Source: an uncultured Coxiellaceae bacterium (GTDB taxonomy: Bacteria > Pseudomonadota > Gammaproteobacteria > Diplorickettsiales > Diplorickettsiaceae). From it: a DNA stretch of 64,000 nt. The stretch is taken from NCBI GenBank assembly GCA_964444925.1, contig CAYUIV010000001.1, positions 73,952-137,951 of the forward strand, read 5' to 3'. Made by a program: the position numbers and the translations under genes. The notes under the pieces are model-generated. The model saw only the letters and a program-made list of their open reading frames with translations. It made no database searches and was not told the origin of the DNA. This document shows, piece after piece, positions 19,874 through 31,481 of the stretch; positions within the stretch are counted from its first letter, which is position 1, and the number at the start of each line of letters is the position of its first letter.

Positions 19874-21196
19874 TTAACGTGGTTTGAGAAGGTATGGTAA
19901 TGAAAAAGAAGCGACTGAATAAAGTGACCGATTGCTTAATGCGGCATATATCCTACTGTTTTTTGTTATTTTTTCCTGTTGTAAAAGCATCTTTTCGATT
20001 TCATCAGCGCTTGGATATCTTTCGATTAAGTTTATAAATAAATTGATTTTATCTGCTTTAACATAGACCATTGCAAGGTTTGTCATAAATGCTGTATTTT
20101 GTAAAAGAAACGGTTTTTCGGTGAGAAAACGGTGAATTTTATACTGATGATCGTGAACATTGATCGTAAAAACTTGAGAGTAATGGTAGAGTAATTTAAG
20201 TATGTCGCGCCCTTTTTCTGTCTTATTATTTTTAGCTAGGCTAGCTGCTGTTTGGTTTTTACAATTTTTCTTATTTGGATCTGCTTTATGTTGCAAAAGC
20301 AACTCAATCAGTGGTACATCTTTCACGTATACTGCAGCTAATAAAGGTGTTGCGCCTTGATCATTTTTTGCATGGACAAAGGCACCTTTTGTAAGCAGTA
20401 ACTGAGTGATTTCAATATTGGCATTTTGCACGGCCTTTAAAAGAGGTGTATTCCCTTGCCGATCGCTTGTATTAATGTTTACTTTATGTTGCAAAAGCAA
20501 TTGAATAACTGATTGATTCGGATTATCTTCATAGTTTTCTTGTTGATCTACAATAAAAGAATCAGAATTGATTGTAGATACCTTGCAATCAACCACCGCT
20601 GCAAGTAGTGCTTTTTCTCTATTAAAATGGGAAAAAGTAGTTTCAGCTTTGAATTTTTGAGTTTCCTGCAAAAGCAGTTTAACAATTTGTGTCTTTCCTT
20701 GTGCTTTTTTTACTGCTAACTCTAAAAAGTCTTTTGTCGAATTAAAATCGATTGCTTCTTTTAAGAGATATACAATGATAGCACTATGCTTTTCACGTAT
20801 TGCAATTGCAAGTAAATCACATGTCTTTTTATAAGTGAAAGAAAGTTGCGTACCATACGTGTGTAAATGTTCTAATAGTAAGAATTTTCCTTCTTTCACA
20901 ACAGGCACAACGTCCTTCTTCGCTTCTTTTACATTAAAAAAAGGTTTTGCATCTTTTATTTCGAGTTGATGTGTTTTCTTTGTACAGATAGAACCTATTC
21001 GAGACATTTCACTAAAATACTTGAGTATACCGGAATTATTATTCGTGATTCCTGACAACGTAAACATAATGCGAGTTTTCAATTCTGATCGCTTTTCATT
21101 TCTTTTCATATTTCTTAAAGAGACACGTTGACACGATTTTTTCATGTTGTTTTTAAGCTTAGACATGCTGTGTGTTTTATAAAGAAAATGAAACAA
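19874..21196 (-). CDS. Ankyrin-repeat protein, paralog of the upstream gene (shares the AIxEKH…DFLELAV…LLL module)
   Basis: ANK repeats (GNTPLLKAVQNANIEITQLLLTKGAFVHAKNDQGATPLLAAVYVKDVPLIELLLQHKADPN). Basic N-terminal region. Shares the DFLELAVKKAQGKTQIVKLLLQE module with the 18635-19741 protein. Confidence 0.75.
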   Translation of the reverse strand: MFHFLYKTHSMSKLKNNMKKSCQRVSLRNMKRNEKRSELKTRIMFTLSGITNNNSGILKYFSEMSRIGSICTKKTHQLEIKDAKPFFNVKEAKKDVVPVVKEGKFLLLEHLHTYGTQLSFTYKKTCDLLAIAIREKHSAIIVYLLKEAIDFNSTKDFLELAVKKAQGKTQIVKLLLQETQKFKAETTFSHFNREKALLAAVVDCKVSTINSDSFIVDQQENYEDNPNQSVIQLLLQHKVNINTSDRQGNTPLLKAVQNANIEITQLLLTKGAFVHAKNDQGATPLLAAVYVKDVPLIELLLQHKADPNKKNCKNQTAASLAKNNKTEKGRDILKLLYHYSQVFTINVHDHQYKIHRFLTEKPFLLQNTAFMTNLAMVYVKADKINLFINLIERYPSADEIEKMLLQQEKITKNSRIYAALSNRSLYSVASFSLPYLLKPR

Positions 21197-21423
21197 TTAA
21201 AATATAATGCAGGTATCATACAATGATATAAAATAAAATCATGAGGGAAAACTACTGGTGAGAGAATGTAATTCGCTTGGATGATCATCAAATGCAGGCA
21301 TGTGACTAAGAATCTACTTATTGAATGAATATTTTCATATATGATGCTGTTATCTCATGTTGCAAGAAGATGGAGGGAGAATTTGTCTTTAATGCACGTG
21401 TTATGATGCTCTGTTAAGATGAG

Positions 21424-23193
21424 TCAGTGTCGGATGACTGGATTGCTGTTTACAAATCGGCAAGGTATTTTTTCAGCTGTTCTAACAAGATGATTTAATT
21501 GCTTGATTATTTCATTTCGTACTTTTTCATCCGCAATACGCTGAACCACATTGAGCGCAGATACCCCTTGAGCGTTTTTCCAATTAGGATCTGCTTGATA
21601 GGATAATAATAATTGAACCATCGCTTGATCTTTGTAAAGAATCGCTTTTGAAAGCGGCGTTTCCCCTTGAGCGTTTTCGACATTGACTGTCGCACCAGCT
21701 TCAAGTAATTTCCTTGTAATGATTTCAGTACAGTCGTCTACTGCAGTCAAAAGTGGTGTATCGCCTTTTTCATTATACGCCTTAAGGTTGACTTTATGTT
21801 TTATGAGTAAAGAGACGATATCTGCGTCATGCTCATCAATTGCAGCGATTAAACCTTTTTCTTTATTGCACTGAGAGGCAATAGCCTCCAAATGCGTCGC
21901 AGCTTCCAAAAGCATTTGAACAATTTCAATGCTTCCATGGGAAGTAAGAATCGCTAATCCCAGCAGATCACTAAAACATTTGTTTGCTTGGTGTACAGGG
22001 ATACTATAATTCATTAAGAATTGAGTTAATCCGATGTTGTGACTTTGTATTGCAATAGACAGCGGACTCTCGCCTTGATGATTAAAAACATTCACACGTG
22101 CACCTGCTGCGATTAATGTTTTTAGCATAGCAAGGCTCCCCTTTATTGTTGCAGAAATGACAGGAGCTTCTATTTCACTGTTTTCATCGTAATTAAGATC
22201 TAACTCTTTATTTTGTTTAAGTAAACGTTGCAAGGTAAGTAGATCATTTTCTATTATTGCATTTTCAATAGTGAATTTTAAATGATATGAATTCTCTTCA
22301 AGGGCAAAAACGACGTTTTTTGATCTTAAAACTTTAATTAAAGCACGAATGCTAACTCTTTCCTGACAAAAGGAAGTATTATCTTCGCAGTAACAGGGCT
22401 TTTTGGAAGTTTTAATAAGACTAATTTCTTTATTGTTTTCATCTAGAAATGTCAAAGGGACATGACATTTTTCTACAAGAAGTTTGAATAAATTTAAATG
22501 ACAACTTTTTATAGCATACTCGGCGAGTATTTGAAGTACTGGATTACTTCCTTGTAATGTGAAAAAACTTTCAAAAGTAGCAAAACTTTCAAAAGAATAT
22601 TGCGTGTTAAATTGATTATTTTTTGACTCAGGTATGCTTTTTCTAGTAGGAGTTCTATATTTTTCTAGCAATTGTTGAAACACTGCATCGATAGTATCGC
22701 TGTTTACTCTATTCTCATCTACTTCTCTGTTAAGAAGTATTCTCGCTATTTTAGCATTTCCATTCTGCAGCGCTAATAAAAAAGGTGTGTCACCTTCTTC
22801 ATTTGGTATGTGAAGCGCTGCTCCAGCTTGCATGAGAAACTTGACTATCTCTACAGCATTAAGACTAATTGCAGCTGTCAGTGGTGTGTGTGTACCGTCT
22901 CCTTTATTGACATTAAGTACTATCCTTTCTTCTTTTGCTGTATTGATCAGTGTTTCAACAATTTGTATTTCTTTTTTTTGAACAGCCGTTATGAGCGGTA
23001 GCCTTTTATCAAGGCCTATTTGATTCAATGTATCTGGCTTATGTTTAATTAGGATTCTTAAACGTTTTAACGCCTCTTCTGTAACAGGCTCTTCTAAATT
23101 TTCTATGAAATGACTAATGGTTAAAGAATGAAAATAAAACGTACGCGTTTCTCGAGAGGTAAAAAAAGGTTCACGATTAAAGCTAAGTGTCAT
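21424..23193 (-). CDS. Large ankyrin-repeat protein (589 aa) with N- and C-terminal ANK blocks
   Basis: N-terminal ANK repeats (THTPLTAAISLNAVEIVKFLMQAGAALHIPNEEGDTPFLLALQNGNAKIARILL) and C-terminal ANK repeats (GESPLSIAIQSHNIGLTQFL…GDTPLLTAVDDCTEIITRKLLEAGATVNVENAQGETPLSKAILYKDQAMVQLLLSYQADPN). The central region is Cys-containing. Confidence 0.85.
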   Translation of the reverse strand: MTLSFNREPFFTSRETRTFYFHSLTISHFIENLEEPVTEEALKRLRILIKHKPDTLNQIGLDKRLPLITAVQKKEIQIVETLINTAKEERIVLNVNKGDGTHTPLTAAISLNAVEIVKFLMQAGAALHIPNEEGDTPFLLALQNGNAKIARILLNREVDENRVNSDTIDAVFQQLLEKYRTPTRKSIPESKNNQFNTQYSFESFATFESFFTLQGSNPVLQILAEYAIKSCHLNLFKLLVEKCHVPLTFLDENNKEISLIKTSKKPCYCEDNTSFCQERVSIRALIKVLRSKNVVFALEENSYHLKFTIENAIIENDLLTLQRLLKQNKELDLNYDENSEIEAPVISATIKGSLAMLKTLIAAGARVNVFNHQGESPLSIAIQSHNIGLTQFLMNYSIPVHQANKCFSDLLGLAILTSHGSIEIVQMLLEAATHLEAIASQCNKEKGLIAAIDEHDADIVSLLIKHKVNLKAYNEKGDTPLLTAVDDCTEIITRKLLEAGATVNVENAQGETPLSKAILYKDQAMVQLLLSYQADPNWKNAQGVSALNVVQRIADEKVRNEIIKQLNHLVRTAEKIPCRFVNSNPVIRH

Positions 23194-23422
23194 AGAATGT
23201 AATGAATAGAATTAAAGATGGACATCAATATAATATGAAACGCAAAATAAGAAGATTGGCAAAGACTACTTAATGGAAAAATTTGACGTATTCTAATTAC
23301 ATAGAAATAGATGAAGGTTTTAATTCATAAGACAACTTACAATAGAGCCTTTTTAAATTTTGCAAACCACTCGTGACTTCAATTTTTGTAAACAACGCTA
23401 TGATAATGAAAGCGCAGCAAAT

Positions 23423-25888
23423 TCAGTCGTCTTTTTGTGTTTTGTGCTCTAATTCATTGAGTTTATGTTGGGCACGTTCAATCACATTACGAGGTAAGCC
23501 TGCAAGCTGTGCTACTTGTATACCATAGCTTTGGCTTGCTGCACCTTCTTTAACGGTATACAAAAAAGTCAGTTGTTTATTTTCTTGTAGTACTTCCACG
23601 TGCAGGTTAGTGACATGGTTCAATGATAAAAGATGAGTCAGTTCAAAATAGTGGGTTGCAAATAATGTATATGCTTGCGTTACCTTTGCCAAATGTTCTG
23701 CACAGGCGAATGCAAGTGCAAGACCATCAAAAGTGCTGGTTCCTCTTCCCACTTCATCAATCAAGACTAGGCTATTTGCGGTTGCAAAATGCAAAATTTG
23801 TGCCATTTCATTCATCTCTACCATGAAAGTGGAGCGGCCACTTGCAAGATCATCAGAAGCACCAATACGTGTAAAGATACCATCTACCGGCTTGAAAATT
23901 GTTTTAGATGCAGGTACGTAACTACCTACCATGGCAAGCAATACAATGAGCGCCGTTTGACGCATGTACGTTGACTTTCCTCCCATGTTAGGTCCTGTAA
24001 TCAATAACATACGTCTTTGACGATTAAGATCAGTATCATTAGGCACAAATCGAACATCTAATACCTGTTCAACAACCAAATGACGACCCTTTTCAATATA
24101 AATACCGGGTTGGTTAGATAATATGGGACAAGTGAGATGCAGCGTTACAGCCCGTTCTGCAAAACTATTTAGCACATCGAGTGTACTACACGCTTTTGCT
24201 GTTTCTTGAAGTGCAGTAAGATGTTGACTGATATAGGTTAACAGTTCTTCGTAGATTTTCTTTTCAAGAATTAATGCTTTGGCACGTGCACTTAGTGCTT
24301 TTGTTTCAAATTGTTTGAGTTCAGGTGTAATAAAGCGCTCTACATTACGTAGCGTTTGTCGTCTTGTGTAGTCTGATGGCAACGCATGAGATTTTGCACG
24401 AGTTAGTTCAATATAGTAACCTTGCACTTTATTAAAGCCAACTTTTAAATGTGTTGCCCCTGTTCTCTCTCTTTCTCGTATTTCCAAAGCCGTTAGATAT
24501 TGATTCGCATCTTCACTTAAACGACGCAACGTATCCAATTCTTCATGATACCCACGTGCAATAAATCCTCCTTCTCGAATAAGTAAAGGTGGTTCATCAG
24601 AAAAAGCGCATTCTAACTCTTTATATAGAGGAATAAAAAGACCGATTTTTTGTTCCAGTGCTAAAAGCAATCCCAAAGGATGTTTTGCATTTGTTATGAT
24701 TGCTTGCAAAGATTTTTTAATTGCAGGCAGTACAGCAAGTGCACTTCTTAGCTGTACAAGATCACGAGGTTTTGCAGATTTTAAACTAATACGTGCTAAA
24801 ATGCGTTCAATGTCACCTACTTTTTGAAGTAGATCGTGAAAAGTACGATACCAAATTACTGTATTAGTATTCATACTTTCATTTTGAGCAGTAGAACTGA
24901 TCAAAAGACTAATTGCCTGCTGTCTTTGTTCAATGACTTCTCTTTCAAAAAGAGGTCGTGTCATCCAACGGTTTAAAAGACGACTACCCATTGCAGTGGC
25001 CGTTTTATCTAAAATAGAAACAACCGTTTTTTGTTTAGTCCCCTTCATATTTTGAACAATTTCAAGATGCCGTTGCGTGGCTCTATCTAAGAAGACGCGT
25101 TTATTTTCTTCTTGAATATACAAGCGTTGAATATGCGCTAATGTCGTTTTTTGTGTTGCGTGTACGTACTGAAGTAAACAGCCTGCCGTACCTATAATTA
25201 AGGGAACTTCATCATATTTTAAAGTTTCTAAACTTGAGATTTGAAACTGTTCTTTTAACAAGCGCTCAGCTGTTGCAAAATGAAATTCCCAATCGGGTCG
25301 ACGTCTTACGCAAGGAAACTGTTTAAGCGGTAATATGTGATAAATATCTTCATGCACTAAAATTTCAGCAGGTTGTAAACGCGTTAATTCGCTGAGCATT
25401 TTTTCTTGGCTATTCACCTCTAGTGCTTCGAAATGACCCGTAGAAATTTCTAAACTGACTAAGCTAAACCGATTTTCTTTTTGTGAAACAGCAACGAGTA
25501 AATTATCACGGTATGCATCCAAAAGGGCTTCATCACTGATGGTACCAGGTGTGATGATACGGGTAACCCGTCTTTCTAATGGTAATTTACTGTGTATATT
25601 ACGGTCAACCGGTTCAACTTGTTCACAAATTGCAACAGATTCACCTTGTTTAATGAGTTTAATTAAATAATTGTCAACACTATGAAAAGGAATGCCTGCC
25701 ATTGGAATTGGTTTTCCTTCGGAAAAGCCTCGTTTTGTAAGTACAATATCTAACAGTTCGGATGCTTTAATTGCATCTTCATAGAAAAGTTCATAAAAGT
25801 CGCCTAAACGATAGAACAGTAGCTTGTCTTGATGTGCTGCTTTAATTCGTTCATATTGACGCATCATAGGCGTGTGTGATTGTGACAT
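23423..25888 (-). CDS. mutS: DNA mismatch repair protein MutS
   Basis: N-terminal mismatch-binding motif TPMMRQY…GDFYELF. ABC ATPase Walker [14 protein letters not shown] and Walker [15 protein letters not shown]-terminal HTH-like motif. 821 aa. Confidence 0.95.
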   Translation of the reverse strand: MSQSHTPMMRQYERIKAAHQDKLLFYRLGDFYELFYEDAIKASELLDIVLTKRGFSEGKPIPMAGIPFHSVDNYLIKLIKQGESVAICEQVEPVDRNIHSKLPLERRVTRIITPGTISDEALLDAYRDNLLVAVSQKENRFSLVSLEISTGHFEALEVNSQEKMLSELTRLQPAEILVHEDIYHILPLKQFPCVRRRPDWEFHFATAERLLKEQFQISSLETLKYDEVPLIIGTAGCLLQYVHATQKTTLAHIQRLYIQEENKRVFLDRATQRHLEIVQNMKGTKQKTVVSILDKTATAMGSRLLNRWMTRPLFEREVIEQRQQAISLLISSTAQNESMNTNTVIWYRTFHDLLQKVGDIERILARISLKSAKPRDLVQLRSALAVLPAIKKSLQAIITNAKHPLGLLLALEQKIGLFIPLYKELECAFSDEPPLLIREGGFIARGYHEELDTLRRLSEDANQYLTALEIRERERTGATHLKVGFNKVQGYYIELTRAKSHALPSDYTRRQTLRNVERFITPELKQFETKALSARAKALILEKKIYEELLTYISQHLTALQETAKACSTLDVLNSFAERAVTLHLTCPILSNQPGIYIEKGRHLVVEQVLDVRFVPNDTDLNRQRRMLLITGPNMGGKSTYMRQTALIVLLAMVGSYVPASKTIFKPVDGIFTRIGASDDLASGRSTFMVEMNEMAQILHFATANSLVLIDEVGRGTSTFDGLALAFACAEHLAKVTQAYTLFATHYFELTHLLSLNHVTNLHVEVLQENKQLTFLYTVKEGAASQSYGIQVAQLAGLPRNVIERAQHKLNELEHKTQKDD

Positions 25889-25912
25889 GCACTCGCTCAG
25901 CGTTAAAAATAT

Positions 25913-27169
25913 TTATAAATTAAGTAACAATTTATCAAGTAATAACTGTGTTGGATCTTCAAGTAACTTTTTAACGGTATCTAGGAACTGTACTGAATCT
26001 TTTCCATCAATAATACGGTGATCGTAAGATAAGGCTAAATACATCATCGGTTTAATGACAATTTGCCCTTTTTCTACAATAGGGCGCTCTTGTATCTTGT
26101 GCATGCCTAAAATACCACTTTGTGGAGGATTGAGAATTGGTGTTGACAACAGAGAACCGAAAACGCCACCATTCGTGATGGTAAATGTTCCACCTGTTAA
26201 CTCAGCTAAGCTAAGTTGTCCCACTCTTGCTCTTTTACCATACCCATTAATCGTTGTTTCAATCTCGCTAAAGCTTAATTGATCTGCATTACGAATGACG
26301 GGTACAACAAGACCTCTCTCTGTTGAAACGGCAATACCAATATCGTAAAAATGATGATATAAGATATAATCATCTTCAACGGAAGCATTGATGATAGGAT
26401 ACTGCTTTAACGCATCGACAACTGCTTTCGTAAAAAAAGACATAAATCCTAATTTAACGCCATGTTGTTTCTCAAATTTTTCTTTATAACGATGACGGAT
26501 GCTAATTACTGCTTGCAAATCCACCTCGTTAAATGTCGTTAAAATTGCTGCTTGTTGTTGTGCTAGTAAAAGACGCTCAGCAATTTTTATTCTCAGCCTT
26601 TTCATGGGAACACGTTCTGTTGAGGCTGTTGACGTAGTAGGTGTTTCACGATGTTGTTGATCATCTTTTGCAGTAGTCTCCGTTGCTTTAGATGTATATT
26701 GCATAACATCTTCACCTGTGATCTGACCTGATCTTCCTGTTCCTGCAACTGCATCAAGAGAAATATTTTTCTCTTGTGCTTTGCGACGTGCAGAGGGGGT
26801 AGAAAAACTGGAAGAATCTATTGCTTCTTGCTGTATTTCCTGTTCCTTTGGTGTATTTTCTACTGTTACTTCAGATGTTGATGATTGAGTGAACGAACTT
26901 TGTGCCTTTTCTTCGTCACTTGCTACTGCCGCACCTTCTTCCAAAATACCCAGTATTTCACCTGTTTGAACGGTGGTACCGACTGTTCGTTCAATAGCTG
27001 ATAAACGTCCCGTTGCAGGCGCAACGACTTCAAGTATCACTTTATCTGTTTCAAGATCGACTAGATTTTCATCTTGCGTGATCGTCTCTCCAACTGCTTT
27101 ATGCCAAGTGACAATCGTTGCATCGGATACAGATTCGGGTAATTGAGGTGTTTTGATTTCAATACTCAT
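25913..27169 (-). CDS. sucB: Dihydrolipoyllysine-residue succinyltransferase (2-oxoglutarate dehydrogenase E2)
   Basis: N-terminal lipoyl domain (…[11 protein letters not shown]…). Ala/Pro/Glu-rich linker. C-terminal catalytic domain with the DHR motif (SYDHRIIDG). Confidence 0.9.
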   Translation of the reverse strand: MSIEIKTPQLPESVSDATIVTWHKAVGETITQDENLVDLETDKVILEVVAPATGRLSAIERTVGTTVQTGEILGILEEGAAVASDEEKAQSSFTQSSTSEVTVENTPKEQEIQQEAIDSSSFSTPSARRKAQEKNISLDAVAGTGRSGQITGEDVMQYTSKATETTAKDDQQHRETPTTSTASTERVPMKRLRIKIAERLLLAQQQAAILTTFNEVDLQAVISIRHRYKEKFEKQHGVKLGFMSFFTKAVVDALKQYPIINASVEDDYILYHHFYDIGIAVSTERGLVVPVIRNADQLSFSEIETTINGYGKRARVGQLSLAELTGGTFTITNGGVFGSLLSTPILNPPQSGILGMHKIQERPIVEKGQIVIKPMMYLALSYDHRIIDGKDSVQFLDTVKKLLEDPTQLLLDKLLLNL

Positions 27170-27234
27170 AGTGAGGCTCTCGTGATTTAATCTAAATTTT
27201 AATCATCGGTTTCATACGGTAGAAGACTAGTTTT

Positions 27235-30000
27235 TTATTTAAAAGCATCTTGTATGATTTTTTTCTGTTCTACATCATGTCGCAGAGGGGATCCTGCAGC
27301 TGGAGAAGCTGCTTCAGGACGACCAATATATTGCAAGGTTTGATGATTGGGTAAAAGGTTTTTTAATTTGAAATATAACCATTGCCATGCACCCTGATTT
27401 TTTGGTTCTTCTTGACACCATATCACATGTTTTGTGTCAGCATAGTAGTTTAGTATTTCTTTAATTTCTGTATCAGGAAAGGGATATAGCTGTTCCAAAC
27501 GAATACAGATAGTGTCTGTTTTTTTCTGCTCTTTTTGTGCATTAATTAGATCATAGTATATTTTTCCACTGCAAAAAATGAGACGCTTAATACGTGAGGC
27601 ATCCTTAACTTGAGACCACAAAATAGGGTAAAACATGCCAGTTGTTAGCTCTTCTAGCGAAGAAGTAGCTTGCTTATGACGTAGCAAGCTCTTTGGCGTC
27701 ATAATAACAAGTGGTTTTTTCCAATGACGTCTTAATAATTGTCTACGTAGTAAGTGAAATTGTTGAGCAGGTGTTGTTGGTACACAAATCTGTAAATTAT
27801 CTTGTGCACAAAGTTGTAAAAAACGCTCTAGTCGTGCAGAACTATGTTCAGGCCCAGCGCCTTCATAACCATGTGGTAAGAACAGCACGAGATTACTACA
27901 CTGACCCCACTTTTGCTCTCCTGCACTTAAAAATTGATCAATCACGACTTGTGCACCATTGAAAAAATCTCCATATTGTGCCTCCCAAATCACTAGAGTA
28001 TTGGGTCGTGAGTAGGCATAACCATATTCAAATCCCATGGTAGCCATTTCAGATAAAATGGAATCATAGATACTGAATTGTGTGGCGTGCTTTGCAAGCG
28101 CTTGAAGTGGTACATACGTCTTGTCATTGACATAATCATGTAACACAGCATGCCGATGTGCAAATGTGCCACGCTCTGTATCTTGACCTGTAATACGAAT
28201 GTTATACTCATCTTCAATGAGTGTTGCATACGCTAGTATTTCTGCAGTTCCCCAATTTAATGGCAAATCATTTTTTAGCATCTTTTTACGATCTGCCATC
28301 AACTTTGCAACTTGCGGTTGTAAAACCATATGCTGAGGAAGTGTTGTTAACGGCTCTACTAAACGCTCAAACGTTTTTTTATCGACTGCAGTGTGTATGC
28401 TTTCTCGCCAATTTTGTTGTATAGTGCCTGGTTTTTCTTTTGGTTGCATAGTTGTCACCGTTGCGCGTGAAGCAACAACTTCGCCTTTTGCAACGCGTTG
28501 ACGATAATGACTTAGCCAGTTCTCTGCTTCGTTCTCTTTAAGTACATTTTGCGCTTTAAGTTGCTGCGCATAATCAAACCAAATAGGCTTTTTCTGTCGA
28601 ATTTTTTGATACATCAAAGGCTGTGTTGCAGCTGGTTCATCTGCCTCATTATGACCGTAACGTCTGTAACAGACTAAATCAATCACAATGTCTTTTTTAA
28701 ATTTCATTCGATATTCGACTGCAAATTCGACAGCCCAGCATGCTGCCTCTGGATCACTACCATTAATATGCAAAATAGGTGCTTCAATCATTTTAGCAAC
28801 ATCAGTGCAATAGCGAGTGGAACGGGCTTGATTGGGGCTTGTGGTAAAGCCTACTTGGTTATTGATCACAAGATGTATCGTGCCTTGTGTTTTAGTTGAT
28901 ACTGTATCAGAGAGCTGTAATGTCTCCATGACAACGCCTTGTCCCGAAAAAGCAGCATCTCCATGAATAAGGATAGGTAATACTTGGGAAGAATGATCTT
29001 CTTGTTGACTGCGTTGATCCTGTTTTGCACGTGTAATGCCTTCGACAATAGAATTGACAACTTCTAAATGAGAAGGATTAAAAGCAAGTTCAACGTCTAC
29101 TTTTTTATGTTTTGTCTCTAATATTGCACTAAATCCTTTATGATATTTGACATCTCCTGATGCGAAGTCAGTGGTATTATATTTTCCTGAAAATTCGTCA
29201 AAAAGCATCTGAGCGGGTTTACCTAGAAAATTGACTAGTACATTTAAACGGCCTCGATGAGCCATACCCAATACAAATGATTCGATACCCAGTTCACTAC
29301 CGTGTTCTATGATGCAGTTCAGCATAGGCATGAGCACATCTGCACCTTCAATAGAAAATCGTTTTTGGGCTACAAACTGAGCTGCAAGATGTTTTTCTAA
29401 ACCTTCGCTTTCTAGTAAGCGATATAAAATATCTTTTTTTGCTTCATGTGAAAAATGATGTTTCAATTTTTCTACACGCTCAGCAATCCACGTCTTTTGA
29501 ATTTGAGAAGTGAGGTATTGGTATTCAAAACCAATATTTTGACAATAAATGGAATTTAACTTGTCTATGACTGTTTCAAGCGTTGCTTTTTCTAGTCCAA
29601 ACTGTCCTTGTAGTGAAAATTCTCGTCGTAAATCACTTTCTTTGAATTGATGATATTCAAGTGTTGTTTCTGGTACCTCATTTTTGACAGTTAAACCGAG
29701 AGGATCAAGTGTTGCTTCCAAATGCCCATAGGCTCGTTTTGCATCAATTAAAGGCTGTAACGATAGATTTAACACTAAAGTTTTTGATGTATCGGTTTCT
29801 TTTTCTTGACGTTTAATAGGAGGAGACTGGTACGTACATTCATTTAAATCAACCTCTTTTGAATTAAGCTTTGAAAAGAGTGTTTGAAAATCAGAAGGGA
29901 CTGCCGAAGAATTTTTTTGATATATTTCAAAAAGATGCAAGAGATACTCTTGATGTGCTAGCCAGCTTGTGCCTAACAATTGTTCTTGATCTAGTTTCAT
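27235..30000 (-). CDS. sucA: 2-oxoglutarate dehydrogenase E1 component (start placed at MKLDQEQ… rather than the longer ORF start at 30075)
   Basis: N-terminus SWLAHQEYLLHLFEIYQKN resembles E. coli SucA (SYLSGANQSWIEQLYEDFL). ThDP-binding region GDAAFSGQGVV. Long 2-oxoacid dehydrogenase/transketolase-like C-terminal region. Immediately upstream of sucB. Confidence 0.9.
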   Translation of the reverse strand: MKLDQEQLLGTSWLAHQEYLLHLFEIYQKNSSAVPSDFQTLFSKLNSKEVDLNECTYQSPPIKRQEKETDTSKTLVLNLSLQPLIDAKRAYGHLEATLDPLGLTVKNEVPETTLEYHQFKESDLRREFSLQGQFGLEKATLETVIDKLNSIYCQNIGFEYQYLTSQIQKTWIAERVEKLKHHFSHEAKKDILYRLLESEGLEKHLAAQFVAQKRFSIEGADVLMPMLNCIIEHGSELGIESFVLGMAHRGRLNVLVNFLGKPAQMLFDEFSGKYNTTDFASGDVKYHKGFSAILETKHKKVDVELAFNPSHLEVVNSIVEGITRAKQDQRSQQEDHSSQVLPILIHGDAAFSGQGVVMETLQLSDTVSTKTQGTIHLVINNQVGFTTSPNQARSTRYCTDVAKMIEAPILHINGSDPEAACWAVEFAVEYRMKFKKDIVIDLVCYRRYGHNEADEPAATQPLMYQKIRQKKPIWFDYAQQLKAQNVLKENEAENWLSHYRQRVAKGEVVASRATVTTMQPKEKPGTIQQNWRESIHTAVDKKTFERLVEPLTTLPQHMVLQPQVAKLMADRKKMLKNDLPLNWGTAEILAYATLIEDEYNIRITGQDTERGTFAHRHAVLHDYVNDKTYVPLQALAKHATQFSIYDSILSEMATMGFEYGYAYSRPNTLVIWEAQYGDFFNGAQVVIDQFLSAGEQKWGQCSNLVLFLPHGYEGAGPEHSSARLERFLQLCAQDNLQICVPTTPAQQFHLLRRQLLRRHWKKPLVIMTPKSLLRHKQATSSLEELTTGMFYPILWSQVKDASRIKRLIFCSGKIYYDLINAQKEQKKTDTICIRLEQLYPFPDTEIKEILNYYADTKHVIWCQEEPKNQGAWQWLYFKLKNLLPNHQTLQYIGRPEAASPAAGSPLRHDVEQKKIIQDAFK

Positions 30001-30297
30001 TTTTTGACGACCTGTTTGTATTCTATCTTTTTTGGTTTGTACTTTACTGTTCTTCCATGTAAAGTTCAATCGCAACGTTTTTTTACATGGCTTGATTTTT
30101 GGCTCATTATGCCATTAATTCTAAAAATTATAAAGCTATTTTATATCGTATTTAAAAAATATTTTGAACGGACTTATAGTAGATCATAAATTATTCTTCA
30201 GCTGAATTACTGCAGTGATAGCTATCTTGCTACGTATAGGTTGAATATGATGAAACAAACTCCATTTTGATTCCTGGAGCAATAAAAAAATTTCACC

Positions 30298-31401
30298 ATG
30301 ACTGAATTAATATCTATGATGGCAACTGAGCCTGCTTTACTTGTACACATTTATGACTCTTTAGAAAAAGAGGAAGAAGGGATACAACGGGAATTTGAAG
30401 AACTTGCTAAAAGCGCAGGTGCCCTTCCTATTACAACTATTTTTACTAAACCTGCTTTATCACGTCCTAAATATTACATCGGGAAGGGAAAAGTAATGGA
30501 AATTGTTGAAATACTTAAAGTACATCCTGTGAATCTTATACTTTTTAATCGTACTCTTTCACCCAGTCAAAAGCGTAATTTAGAACTGGTATTGCAATGC
30601 CGTGTTGTAGATAGGACAGAACTTGTATTAGATATTTTTGCTCAGCGTGCAAAATCTTTTGAAGGAAAATTACAAGTTTTATTAGCACAATTGCAACATT
30701 TATCAACACGTTTGATAAGGGGTTGGACACATTTAGAAAGGCAAAAGGGTGGTATCGGTCTTCGAGGCCCAGGAGAAACACAACTTGAAACAGATCGTCG
30801 TTTAATTCAACAGCGAATTAAAATTATTCAGTCTAAATTAGAGAAAGTAAAAGAACAACGGGCTCAAAACCGTAAGAGACGTTATCGTCATCGCATTTTA
30901 CGAGTTGCATTAGTTGGGTATACTAATGCAGGAAAATCTAGCATATTTAGACGGTTAACCCAGGTAGATACTTGGATTGCAAATCAATTATTTGCCACAC
31001 TTGATCCAGTCACTCGAAAAGTATGTTTATCACAAACAGAGAAAATGGTGCTTTCAGACACTGTTGGATTCATTCGTCAATTACCCCACGAATTGGTCGA
31101 TGCCTTTTCAGCAACGCTCGAAGAAGTGCGTTCAGCACATTTATTGCTACATGTGATTGATGCTTCTGACCCAAATCATTTTCAATTAATAAAGACGGTT
31201 AACGATATTTTAAAAAAAATTGATGCACATTCTATTCCGCAGATTTTACTATATAATAAGGTTGATCGCTTAAATACGTTTCAGTTGAATAAAAGTCAAA
31301 TGAGTCATACAAATTGCGTTTGGCTTTCTGCAAACACAGGACAAGGTTTTGAAAAACTACAATCCATTTTAAAGAACAAAATGAATTATCATGTTGTTTA
31401 A
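30298..31401 (+). CDS. hflX: GTPase HflX
   Basis: N-terminus ALLVHIY. G-domain motifs GYTNAGKSS (G1), DTVGF (G3) and NKVD (G4). Confidence 0.9.
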   Translation: MTELISMMATEPALLVHIYDSLEKEEEGIQREFEELAKSAGALPITTIFTKPALSRPKYYIGKGKVMEIVEILKVHPVNLILFNRTLSPSQKRNLELVLQCRVVDRTELVLDIFAQRAKSFEGKLQVLLAQLQHLSTRLIRGWTHLERQKGGIGLRGPGETQLETDRRLIQQRIKIIQSKLEKVKEQRAQNRKRRYRHRILRVALVGYTNAGKSSIFRRLTQVDTWIANQLFATLDPVTRKVCLSQTEKMVLSDTVGFIRQLPHELVDAFSATLEEVRSAHLLLHVIDASDPNHFQLIKTVNDILKKIDAHSIPQILLYNKVDRLNTFQLNKSQMSHTNCVWLSANTGQGFEKLQSILKNKMNYHVV

Positions 31402-31481
31402 ATCGTGAAAATTTTGGCGTTTGCAACCTTCTGTGTTCAAAGAAACAGTTATCATTTCAGGCAATATTATCAATCTACGTT

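Noticed and set aside
23623-23974. Three overlapping small plus-strand ORFs
   Set aside because: Antisense to the mutS 3' region.
27711-28424. Small ORFs on both strands inside sucA
   Set aside because: Nested or antisense in a strongly supported 921-aa gene.
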